Part shown: piece by piece, positions 24,365 to 37,100 of the stretch
Numbering within the stretch: the stretch's first letter is position 1
Layout of the letters: the number at the start of each line of letters is the position of its first letter
From: Fimbriosthenelais zetlandica
Taxonomy: Eukaryota
Assembly (NCBI GenBank): GCA_977030845.1
Contig: OZ365109.1
Location: forward strand, 13,950,001 to 14,014,000
Reading direction: 5' to 3'
DNA: 64,000 nt
The notes under the pieces: generated by a model
The model's database searches: none
What the model was told of the DNA's origin: nothing
What the model saw: the letters and a program-made list of their open reading frames with translations, nothing else
Made by a program: the position numbers and the translations under genes

Positions 24365-25879
24365 TAACATTTATTTATAAGTGGTTAAAGTGATTGAAGG
24401 ACCGAATGGATATATGCACAAAATATCAACGAGGAACAAAATGAATGTTCTGAAACTCGTTCATGCTTTCACCTACAGATCTAGATGATTGACAACACAA
24501 TACTTAAAGTGTTTTTTCTATAATATTAATCATATTAAAGCCAGTTTTTATATATTCAACGCAGATATCTCTGCCTGTTGCTTTCCAGCCATTGCATTAT
24601 GGAGACGTTTCATTCTATAGAGAAATCATGTTACATCTCCACTATTTTCTGTCGGTGCTTCATAGTGTACGTGTTCTACTTATAGACCATATTACGTCCA
24701 ATGATTCCCACCGATACTGTAAATGTAAAAGATAGTTGTGAACTGAGAATAATTGAATAATTTATAGTTAATGTATACCAGTTGGATAAGTAATGAAAAC
24801 TAGATTTTATTTATCATTGGAGTATTTTTGATGCATCGTTTCATGTATATCTAAACTAATGTCTGCGCAAAATGAGAAAAAAATATGTTCGTGGACATTT
24901 GTAACATACCAATCATCAAAAAATAGCCAAGTAATAGAGGCTATCCGGTTTGTACATAATGTCAGTATTATATGATTTCATTTACAGGTAAACCTCATTT
25001 AACGGCCACCTCACTTACACGACCATCTCGCTAGTACAAACTCCCTGTGGTCTTAATACCAAGGTTTACCTTATTTCACTTTCCCAATATCGGTTCATAT
25101 GGAAGGTGCATGAGCTATATAGTACATGTATATTGATTATAATATTTCTGTAATCATTCGTTGGGTACATTTTTGTGACCAAGAGGCATTGATATCAATT
25201 ATCTCACAAGCATGCATCATTGAGCTACAATGCACCAAAGTCTGCAACGTTCGCATCAAATATAGTCATGGCATTACATGTAGGAATCTCCTCTGTAGAT
25301 ATTTCATATATATTTAAAGCGTTAGGTTCAGGTATATAATGTATGCGCATAGTAGGAAGTCCCATCTATAGTATTCAGCCTCCTGCCCTCACATGTCTTT
25401 TTCCTGCCAAAATATTATTATGATACAGAGAAGGTTGGTCCCTTTCTAAAATAAAGAGCAATAAGGGAGGTTTTCTAAATAAAAAAGAAAACCTATTCAT
25501 AATCTATACCGAAAGCAATGGAACAATCTTATCTGAAAGTTAGAAGCGTAATTTAACTTTTATAAAATGTATTTTTAAGAACATTTACTTCTATATTGTC
25601 AACAGGGAATGAACTATGAAAGTAAAAACTAGGGGTCACTGAAGTTCTAAAGCCTATGCATTGAGAACTTGGGATACAATGTATTTTTAGAGTTTATGAA
25701 TTCGTCCTCTTGTATTCGGAGGGTCCATACCTATTCTGCTATACCCTCATTTTCTCTCTTGCTCACCTAGTCAAAGAGAGTGTTTGTTAATCTTTTCTAT
25801 GATACCTTTACCTTGGGATCGTAGATATTTTGATACACGATTCCTGATTCTCTGTCACAACATTATTATAATGTTAATT

Positions 25880-25885
25880 AATAAA
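25880..25885 (+). terminator. Candidate poly(A) signal for ADAMTSL
   Basis: AATAAA about 1.5 kb after the stop codon and just before the CpG-rich promoter-like block. Confidence 0.3.
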
Positions 25886-26205
25886 CATCTTGTGCTATTT
25901 ATAAAAGGAGTTGAGTTTTGTCTCGTTATGTATTCAGCCAGATAAATAAATTGTCAGGGAAGAGGGGACCATCCCGCACTATCAAACTCCAAATGGACGA
26001 TAGTCGGGCAGTTGGCCTACTGTATAGGCCTAACTGAAGTTCGCCACCAACCGGCAATAAAACAGACCTTTAGGGGGAAAGGAAAGCCCCAAAAGTAAAA
26101 AAGATGGTTGAATGAAAGGTTCTTAACCGGTTTAAAAAGCTGTATACAGCTTAAAAACGGGAAGGACCTGCAAAACATTAAAAACTTGAAAAAAGTGATC
26201 AAGAT

Positions 26206-26290
26206 ACTCACCAGTGATCTTGGATCCGCCGTCGCGCATGCGCAGTCCCTACTTCCGTCACGCGACCGCTTCCTGCCTCTCACCGGGTCT
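26206..26290. promoter_or_regulatory. CpG-rich housekeeping-type core promoter (NRF1-like palindrome plus ETS site)
   Basis: GCGCATGCGC at 26234-26243, ACTTCCG at 26251-26257, local CpG cluster in AT-rich DNA, and a minus-strand donor CTG|GTGAGT at 26211. Confidence 0.5.
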
Positions 26291-27751
26291 CGTCAATGTT
26301 TCCGAGGATAACTGAAGTTTTTGGACTAACTTTAGAGTAGACAAGAGATGTACATACTACATTTTCTTCTGAATGAGCTTAGAGGTTACAAGAGTTGGCA
26401 CAAAAATCAAGTGAGATCACAAAACAATGGTCACCCCATGAGTCTCATGTGGTAGCAACAGTGTAGCCTACTGACTCCTATAGCTCTAGGCTATCGCAGG
26501 ATTAAAGATTATCACTCCCCAATGTCAAAAACCCATAGATTATGCGATAATCTGTTTTGTCACTGAAAGTTATGGTATATGTCAAAACATGCTTGAGATA
26601 TAGCATAGTATGCCTATTATGATAATGCTTGGCATTCGTAGATGGAAATTGTAAGTGATTTAACAATGTAGAATGGCAATGAGATTAATGGAAAGTCCCA
26701 TACAGCAAGCTTATTCTTTGAATTATTATGTTAGGAACTTTAGTTAATGCACATTCCTTCTTGATGTTTTCTTTTGCTTTGAGCTGTTTCAAGGTCACTA
26801 GTGGCAAGACAGTGGGCATTTCCGCCGTGTTGCATTGGGGGAAAATCTTAGATTAAACAATGGGAATGGTACTAATGAATGTTGGCCGCCATGGGTTCTC
26901 AATTCTAAGTAAAATCTATGATTATAATGCTTTAGTATGGTCCCACCTCATGCGTGTGATATATCTTTACGACCCCTGCAAAAGCAATGGCTCACTTAAA
27001 CACCAATTTGCCCTTAACAGGCCAACAAAATGCGGGTTGTCTTGCCCCTGGCCAAGGAAATGTTTCAACCCAGCTGAAAAAGCAACAGATGGTGATGTTT
27101 CTCTAAAGTCCATTCTCTTTGTACAAAAGATACACTGTTCTTATTAATTCTATATTTGCATTGTTGTCTGGGTCAAGGAATCTGACTACAGAGCGTTTCA
27201 TTGTGGCCTTTAAGTGATTGAAAGTGAACGTCATTCGACACATGCAGAATAAAATATCAATATGCTCGCGGGCAAATACAGCCCAACGTAGAACAGAATA
27301 GGGATTCTAAAGTCCCAGTGCTGTAGCTTACATAAATGAATCAACATTCTTAACATCTACCTGGTTGGGACTAAAACGGCTGGACCTTTCACAGACTTTA
27401 CTATTGCATTCAATCACTGCTGGTGGGACAATCAATACTTATAATATTGATATTATTGGATCATGCAACTGATTTTCTCTCATCCTGCATTCTGTGAATT
27501 GCCCCACTCATCCTTTCACCATAGGGATAACGCAAACTCTATGGAAATTGCACAGGTTTGCAATGAACTTGCGTCAACTTTTAAATTGCTGGAATATATA
27601 CACTCCGTTCCATCTTTTACCCTATTCCACTTACTAGCTCAAAATTCCATAAAACATGTAACAGAATGGATTATTTCATGTTGCAAAAGAGAGTTGTTGT
27701 AAGAAAAGATTTTCTTTGGGATATATAATATTGGATTTGAGTAGATTTCAC

Positions 27752-28126
27752 TATAAGGACATTTCATTCCTTCTAAGATCTTTTCAGTGAGCTCAGGTCG
27801 TTAAGTTTAGTTGCAAAGCTTCGTCGTGAGTGAGGTAATCCTTGGAGATTAGCATATATTTATGAGGCATACTTCGCATTAGGATTAAGGGCTCTGTGTT
27901 GACATACGGCATTTACTCTCTCATGGGTCCTGACTTTGCTTTCATTAGCGTAGCTTATCGACCTTATTTTCAATCCATGCTTGCATTTTCACTATAACTG
28001 CGACAGCTAGATATAGCGGAAGCACAGTCTGATATATAGCTCTACTCAATCTGTCATTGCTTAAATCCACATTGATTTCTGATGCTTTCAGAAACGAGAC
28101 ACATAGACAAAATGTTAGCATAGGAT
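27752..28126 (+). promoter_or_regulatory. Putative TATA/Inr promoter and non-coding first exon of the RADIL-like gene
   Basis: TATAAG at 27752, TCAGT at 27784-27788, donor GTC|GTGAGT at 27826, acceptor TTTCAG|28092 preceding ATG 28127 (in-frame TAG at 28121). Confidence 0.4.
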
Positions 28127-31100
28127 ATGACAACCATGGAGAACCTTAATTTAAGATACAATGCATCCGGCGGACAGCCTCTGGGGCCATTTCGAGTAGG
28201 TTCTGCTAAATCCGATGGGAAAGAACCTATTTACGAAAACATTACATCCTCAAATGGAAGCCCGTCCTGTCAGAAGGACCTGCTATTACCAATGAAGAAG
28301 GAAACTTACATCATCGCTAACGGCTATAAAACGACCTGTCAAACGCCCTCAGGCAACAGACACGTATTTCCAATTAGAGGTAACATGTCTGTGAGGACTG
28401 AGATTGAGAAGAAGTTGCTGGAGGAGATATGTCTCTCAGCGAAGTCGCCAGGATTGTATGAACGTCAAAGGATTCACCCTGCAGAGGTGAGATATCACGC
28501 CAAAAAGGATTTCATCAAAAAACACACCACTCGTACAAAAAGAAAAACCTCCTCCGGCGAATCCAACTCCTCTCCATTCATCAGAAAAATGAACGAAACA
28601 TCGAAGCATGAGTTAACATTCTTCAGTGAGGAGTTGAATGAATGTCCCTTTTTGATCTCTGATCAAGCATTTGTGAGTCAAAGAACTCAGTCCTTGCTCA
28701 AACGAGGCGATAAAGAGTTGGGAAATGCTAACTGTTGCAACAATAAAGTTAGATGTGGAAACGGACAAGGCAAGAGGAAAACGGCACAAAAGTCACCGAG
28801 AGTTGAGGAGTTTATAAAAGGGTTTGAATCCACAAACGGGACAGAGCAAAGTAGATCTGTTCATGCTGGAAGAAAAGTGAAATGTGAAAATGGAAGAAAT
28901 AAATCAGACAGTGAGGATAAGGAAACACTACAAAAAATCAAGGTTTATAATCGCAGCATGTCCATGGAAGCGTTCCTGATCAAACCTGTCAGAAAGGTAA
29001 GATTTTCCTAATAACCTGTTAATGGTGAACATATTCTGGTAATTTCATTGTTATTAAAACGGAAATTATGTGTAAGGGCCAGATAACTCAGGGTTCAGAT
29101 ATTAATAAACATTTTTGTAACTTTGCAATGGAATATTTTATAATTTTGTACATGAGAAATTCAAACGGTACTTAATGAGGCTCAAACCAGCAATCCAGGT
29201 CAATTGGGTGAAGTATTTTCCTATGAATAGAAAGCTTGATCCTTTGTTAAAATACCGTATTACCCCTATGATTAACTCCCAGATTACCCCTCAACTAACT
29301 TTGTTTTTATTTTGGCTTGTGTTCGCGCTATAAGCTGTGAATAGCTACTATTCAGTCTCGTGTCTTGAGTTAATCTTTTGGTCTGTAATCCACTTAATGT
29401 GGAATGTTGGTGGAATTATTCTCAATGTCAGTCATTTTTCTCGCTTCACCAGTTATCAAGACTTGTCAATAATTCTCCGACTGTATAAGGAATATTTCAA
29501 TTCTGGATTTCACTGATCAGTAAATTACATTTTGAAGGAGAAGGAACTCGAGTTCCAAGGAGTGTTACGTTTCTACTTAGAAGAACAAGGCCAACAAATC
29601 TCCAAGGCGCTCCGTTTGAAGAGTTCGACCACTGTGAAACAACTGGTACCTCTCGTGGAGGAAAAATTCGGACGACAGAGACACCAGATGAGTGAAGATA
29701 GAAGCTCGTACAGGACCGGAATCTTCATGAGGAGATCTGGGGGTAAGCTATCACTATCTTCTATTTTATATACGCATTAAAGAATATTATGACTCCGTAT
29801 AGAGTACTTCAGATATGGCTAAAATGATATATATATATATTAATTTACATCTGGGTGGATGTCTCCCATAACGGTACAAGCAAGGAAGTAACTCTACTAT
29901 CCTTGATACAGGGGCCTATTTCAATGGAAAATTTAGCAATGCTAAGTTTATGGCCAATTTTTGTTTTGAGATGGGCTCCTGGGGCCTATTTCAAAAGAAA
30001 ATTTAGCAATGCTAAGTTTATGGCCAATTTTTGTTTTGAAATGGGCTCCTGGAGTATATCTCAATGGTCTGCATTTAGAAACGTACTAGAGTCTGTTTCA
30101 AACGGAATATAATCAAGGTTAGGTTGTGATCAACAGCTGTATTTTAGTCAGCTTGTCACTGACCCAATACGTTAATCCTGTACTTATAAGGACACCGTAA
30201 GTATATCTATGACATCTCAAGGCTCTGTTATTATAATTATAAGGATCTAACACATTTCAGTATACATACTATCTGTCATAGGCTTACACATGAATTATTT
30301 AGCTCAGTCCGTGACATGAAAAGGTCCTGGAGCCTGTTTCAAAACAAATATTAGCCATTATAGACTTAGCATTGCTAATATTCCTTTTGAAACAGGCCCT
30401 TGGATCCCTTACTTCATTCATAACATTGTCATCACCTCTCATAACCCCACAGTTCAAGATTAAACTTATGGTGTACCAGTGCATCACGATATGCTATATT
30501 ATATTTGGAATTTATGGCCATAGAAAGAGTGGCTTGGATGATTGTGCGTGGTAGTTCTAAAACGAATTATAATGTGTTACATTTCGACAATTCAGCAGAT
30601 TTCGAAACAGATCTAGAGTTTCAGTAATACATTTCTGATTCAGCATTCACTTTGCTTAATTGATGCAGATCACACACATTATAATTCCTGTGAGGTTATT
30701 GAACATAATAGCCAGTCTGTAGGTCTCGAGTTCATTCATGTTCAGTATAACTATGAATGAAACTTGAAGGAAACAGATCCATTACTCCAACAGAACTACA
30801 GCTGGTAAATCTTCATGGTTGAGAAACCAGATCGCCTATCATTGATCTTTGATAATTAACCGGCTATAAATCTATCACATTCTCTTCAACTGATACAATA
30901 GATTCTATGCAGAATATCACAGAATGCGACTTAAAGTCATATAATTATGCGTTGCTTTCCTCGGATTTGCGAATAAACAATGTAACATTATAAAATGCAT
31001 GACCGTTAAAAGTAACCTTTAATTGGACAATTAAAAAGGTCTTTGAATAGTCACTCATTGGCCCTTGTAATCCTTGGAGCTACATGACAATTTATTTTAA

Positions 31101-34100
31101 TATTCGAAGCGGATAATCTGAATATACATATATATGTTTCTGACCTTGATTGCTCATATCTATTTCAGCGAGCTGTAACATTATAAAATGCATGTAATTT
31201 CTCCCCTTCTTTCTCGCTAGCAAATGTCACATTTTTAAGAGTTCCATCGCGCTTCAGTCGTTTTAAATGAGTTGCCGTCAGTGTTGTGAACATAAAATCT
31301 TGGGAGAAATCATTATGCAAGACCCACCTAGCTAGCTGAGAATTTTCCACACGGACGGCCTTTTGATCCGTAGAAGTAGAGTAGAGGTGGGTGAGAAGAG
31401 GAGTAGGTATGTAATGTTGTATCGTGGCTTGAGACCTTGTTATTGTTTGCTTCAAGCCTGCGGGCAAGGGGTGAATGGGACTTGTACACAGGTAATTCAG
31501 GGGATCATACCTCTAATGTGACATTATGTACCCAGACGCGTCTCTGGTCTGCATTTTAACGTGGGAAAATATACTCGCATTCCTAAAGAAATCAGATCAT
31601 ACCATTACCATTTGATGCAATGGAGTGGATTACATTTGTATCCTAATGGACTGACTCCTGATATGTGAGTATATTATTGAATATTATTGATTCTCTCTGA
31701 GATATTTTACTCTTGAAAATTGATCAAACCCAGTCGTAAAGTTGCAAATATTGATTTAAAAGGAAATACATGTACAGTCCTGGACATGTTTTCCACCTAA
31801 ATCCTTGCAATGTTGCTCATCTCGTTTAAGGAATGCACAAATAAACACCAACTTGATGTTTTGATGTGTCGACTGATTAATGCTAAAGTCTTTTAACACC
31901 CGCAAAAAGATATTTTTTAAAAGTAAGGTGAGGGCCATACGCTCGGGATAGGATTACAAATTAATGAGAATCATTTCAATGGATCCATTACTTTTGTTCA
32001 AGCAAGCATGGTGGTAATTCTCGCGGGTGCATCCTCGGGATATTTATAATAACTAACGGAATTAAAATCAAACGACGAAGTGTCAAGAATGTAATGAAAA
32101 TATTTTCAAACATGTGTCTGAAAACGAAGCTTATTTTGACGACAGTTTGTATATACAGCCAATTGTGTGCATTCTGGCATGAGACCAACAACTTGGCAGG
32201 TCGTTGGTGTTGACGGCTTTCTTCCTAATCTAATGAAAGTGACAACTTCCCTACCTCATAGCCAGCTCCTTCCAACTCCCCGTACATATTATTTCACCAG
32301 CTGCTGGAATATATATAAGGTGACTGATCCTCCACAAATGGAATTACCATATACGTCAATCCCACTTTTCCCATAAGCTTATTGTTCTTAAATCTGGATG
32401 GAATGTTTTTTCCAGGATGGAAAACATTTGGAACTTCATGACCAGTTATATTATGTTAGGGATCTACTTCTACGGGTAGGCCTATACATTCAGGCATGTT
32501 ATATAAGATGTCCTGTTCATATAAGCAAATTAGAATAATATATTATTTCAATGAACGAATCTTTGCAAACGGACTATCGCCATATGATTCAAAGAAGAGG
32601 CACAGTGAGCATTATAGATTCTATAGACCCATCTGGTCCTGACAGTCTTTGAGACAAACATTGAGAGAATAGTCCGTACAGAGAGCAAAGGAGACAGGAC
32701 AGAGAGAGAGAGAAGAGATCCAAATCTACTGGTACTATAATCATGCTTGCTTTGCCTGTATGCACGTGCAGTCAATCGGAAATTCATTACCTTAATTTAT
32801 AATAGAGGGGATTGCCACATGGTGAACCCTATATAATATATGGCTAGGCTGAACCATGAGGAAAGGTCAGTACTTTACAAAAGGATCAAATAGCTACTAT
32901 AAGATACAAGTATTATATCTACACATAATACTGAACTTAAGAGACTGGCACCTACAAGCGTCACCAGTCTCTCCTTTAATTTGCTTCATTGGCTACGTCT
33001 TCGGAAAGTCTCATTGAAAAGTGTGGGAATCCCTCAAGGAGTGGCGCTTGGTTTCCTTGCAAGTTTCTCACACCTACCTTTCATACATTCCCAAGTGACA
33101 AGTGCTATTAATTACCATGCTAAACTACTCATCCGTGAAGCAGTTATTTTTTTTATTGCTATTCACAACAGAAAGACATCCATAAAGATTCCCGAATACA
33201 GTAAAAGATCGATTAAGATTTCTTTAAGGGGATAAAATAAATTCTACTCGGTTATACAGAATTATATCGTTCCTCAATATTCTCATTGAGTAAAAGGTAC
33301 TGGAGTGAATGCGGTCTACATCTATACATGTGGTCTGAATATTAGTAGATCCGTAGTAAAGCAAATAATAATTCAATGAAATATTACATGTTATAATATA
33401 CACGTGTATACATACATGTAGTCTGTACATGTAGTCTACGCGGTTTGTACTGTTAAGCATATGTACACGTATACAGAAAATTATGTCACCTAATTGTCCT
33501 ATATATATATAGTGAACCAGAATCAGGATGTCAAAATAATAAACCTGTTATGAATACTTACAAGAAGAACGTACGTAATATGATAATGTTAATAATGAAC
33601 TGTCATGAAGACACATGTCCCCCACCATATTGTGTTTTATAACCTGACAATAGATAGTTTGCTAGGTTGCGAACTAGGATTGTTGAAGAGACAAGTTCAC
33701 CACGTCCATCCGTGTTCAACATAGGATTTTCCTAAAAACGAACGACATTCTTGCGACATTTTGAAAACAAAATTGAATGAACGTTTCCCTAATATATATA
33801 GGTCTATTATTTTCATGTGAGTATTCCGCAGCTATAGAAACCGTCGGGGCAATTGAAAGTCAAGTAATAACTTGCTATTCTCGTCAAGAACGGTATTATA
33901 TTATTTTCTAAGGCACCCCTCCTTGCCCATAGTCACTCATTCACTCACTCAAATCGAGGATTTGCCAAAGCTACATGGATATGGGATAATCCCATTTCAG
34001 CCCCTCAAGCCCACAGCAGGTGTCACAGTGAGAAAGCTAACCCCACACTGCTCCAGTCTGACGACTGGCTTGGACACTCCGACCTGTGCAGGTCACATTC

Positions 34101-37100
34101 ATGGATACAGCTTTATGACAATAAAAGATAACTGATGAGTCAAGCTATTGACACTCACTACTTGAGCCATCACTGTTGGTGGATAGTAAATCAGTCCATT
34201 TGCCATAATATTATTGGACGAATATCATCACATAAATTGATAGAAAACTACTCAGTAGTCTACCTCTGTTGGCACTTTGAGAAATATCCCCGTCGGTTCC
34301 AAAAGGTAACTATCTAATTTTATACCTTGCATTTTATACCCTTAATTCATAGCGAATTTCCCCCCACTGCCTACTAAAATAGAAATTTTAGTAGGCAGTA
34401 TTTTTCTCCGTGGCACAATGACAGAACACAGGGGCTTTGATAAAGGCTAAACGACCTTGCTTTGAAGTCTGTTTTGCTTGGTTATTGAGTTGAACTAACT
34501 AGGGGTATCAATGACCTCTGTTTAAATTACCCGCCTCCTTGTCATTGTTATTTTAACAACCAGGCAGGTATTTACATGAAGTGAATATTTAGAATTAACC
34601 CGGGTAAATGCGTGATGGAGCATGTCTATTTTCAAGCTTGACATCTGCATATTCTTGCCACTGCATATATGTACATTTCGGAAAGCGAAAAGGCCGTGCA
34701 TTGGATGAGGGGAATTAGGCAGGCTTCAGGGCTCAGTGGGCTACCACCTAGACCTGGGGATAATACGCTTAGAGATGGTATAAATCACCACCAGGGCGAT
34801 AATCCGGGGAATGGGGTGTGTGTGTAGGTGTATATATGCTTATATATGTCTATGCATGACAAGAATCATATATCACCAATTGCTATTTAGACTTTCACTG
34901 GCACAGGTGGCTATTCTTCACTCATTTGGTTGACCTCACATAGGAAGGTAGGCACTTCTAACATTAGGGTTCACTGAGAGAAAACAAGTTTCAAAGTACT
35001 GTTAATTGTGTACCTGTATGTTTTTTATTTTTTTTTGCCCTGTATGTTTTTATATATGAAAATAGGCATTTTGCCATTTGAAATCAATAATATAAGACTA
35101 ATATTTGGTTTAATTTGTTATGTTTTTCAGTTGATATTCCCCTTCAAAATGAAGATAAGCCTTTGGAGTTGGCCCTTTCTTCCCCATCAAGACCACGTTT
35201 TGTCGTCTCCTTCTTCAATGTAGATGCCAATCACATCCATTACTCTGATTCACACACTATAGACTGTAATGGTAATGGGTCATCTAAGGATGCTTATAAT
35301 AGGACTCTAGAATACTGTGGAGAAAGTGAAAAGCCATCCTTAACCCGTTCGTCTAGTGTTGTCAGTTTAACAAGCATGGAATCAAGCAGGACTACATCAG
35401 GGGATGAGAGGAGTGTAGTCCGTCATTCCCGGAGGAGGAAGAAACAAAAGAAAGAGAAGCGAGATAGAAGTTTGGACAGGTTATCTGAGCAGTTATCATT
35501 CCGCAAGAACAGCCTGAGGCTCAGTCGTTCAATGACCAATCTTTTCCACAAAACTCTGAGCTTAAGACAGAAAGAGAATCCTTTCAGAAAACAATCTGAG
35601 CTCTCCACAGAGGAGTCTGCACCTGGGGTGTTGAAAATATTTGGAGATTCTCTTATACCCGGGGCGGAGTATAAAAGTATTTTGGCTACCCCTACCTCAA
35701 CTGCGAAAGAACTGGTCAAGGAAGCTCTGGAAAGGTATGGAATTTCACGGAAGCAGGTGAGACATTATGTCCTTTGCGATGTCATAGGGAAATTTGTTCC
35801 CAAGGCAGAGGCAACCCAAGAAGTGGTGAAAAAGGCAAAGCATTATAGACGGACAGAGAAGGGGGTGTGGATAGAAGAATGTCTTCGGGTTGTTAGTGAT
35901 AATGAACGACCTTTAACAATTCAGATGTTCTGGAAACCTACACTGGAGTTTTCTAGAAGATTTGAATTAAGGAAAAGGTCAGAACTTGTTAGACATATTG
36001 ACACTTTCACCTGTGGCATCAATGCCAATGCTCGGAAGTTACTTTTGTCCAAATCCAAACTTGAAGGAACACAAGTTCCCCAAACCAGCGGTATAAACCG
36101 ATCTGAAAGTACTGTGTCTACCGACCCTCTTAACGAGTCTTTTGTTAGTGTTAATGAAAGAGACGTGGATGGACTCTCTAGATCTATCTCAGTGTCAGAG
36201 AAATCTAGAAAAAAAGCGCAGAAAAATGAAAAAGGGCTTGTAAAAGCACCCGCAAAACATCCTTATCTTTTGAGCCTGAAGTCCTTTGACAGTTCAGTGG
36301 ATAATTTATTGTTTGTCATACGTGAACGGGTAACAATGGTAGGCGGTGCTAATGGTAATATAGGCGAGGATGATCTATGCCTGTATGCCCCTGACATACT
36401 TGCTGAACACTGCTGGATAAGCCAATCAATCACTGAGGATAAAGCATCAATACGTTCAATGACAATCGACCCTCTACCTGGAGCTCAGGTTGGGATTAAC
36501 GGTAATCCAGTGACATCCACTGCCCAGATCCGTCCAGGGGATCTCATCACTATAGGTGAACACTATCTATTTCTCTACAAATGCCCTTCTGATCATGCAA
36601 CTGCAGCCGGCGCGTCGACTGCTAAAGGAACAAACTTTGATCTCTCCAGCCTCAGGCAGTCTCTTGAGACTGGTACAAGACCTGCATCCGCTGCCACTGA
36701 TTGTGCCTCAGGTCACCCTGGTTCCCTCGAAGATCCAGATATGTTAAAATGGCGACGTGATAGGAAATGTAAATATGAAAACGATTGCTCTCGTCTTAAG
36801 TTGAACTTTTCTATTGAAAGGAGGGATGATTTAATCGATTGCATCGTGACAATTATGGACAAATATCCACACGCACCTAAGCTTACTATGGCTTATCTAG
36901 TCAGTATGTGTGTGGACTATTCTCTAGCCAAGTATGACATTGAAACTACCAGGAATCTTCTGTCAGCGATTTCCAATACAATACAAAATGTCGTATGGGT
37001 AAGTGAACTGTGTCCTATTAGACTGCTTCTCCTTCAATGATTCACAGGATTTTATTAAGATCATATAAATTGGTTTAACTGAATGCAATCCTATTATCAA

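Noticed and set aside
30981-31194. 21-bp exact direct repeat TGTAACATTATAAAATGCATG, 193 bp apart
   Set aside because: An isolated local duplication with no TIRs or other copies.
33872-34317. Short ORFs in RADIL intron 2 as alternative coding first exons
   Set aside because: The ORF reaching the donor at 34307 is phase 0 while the next exon needs phase 1; at most a non-coding exon.
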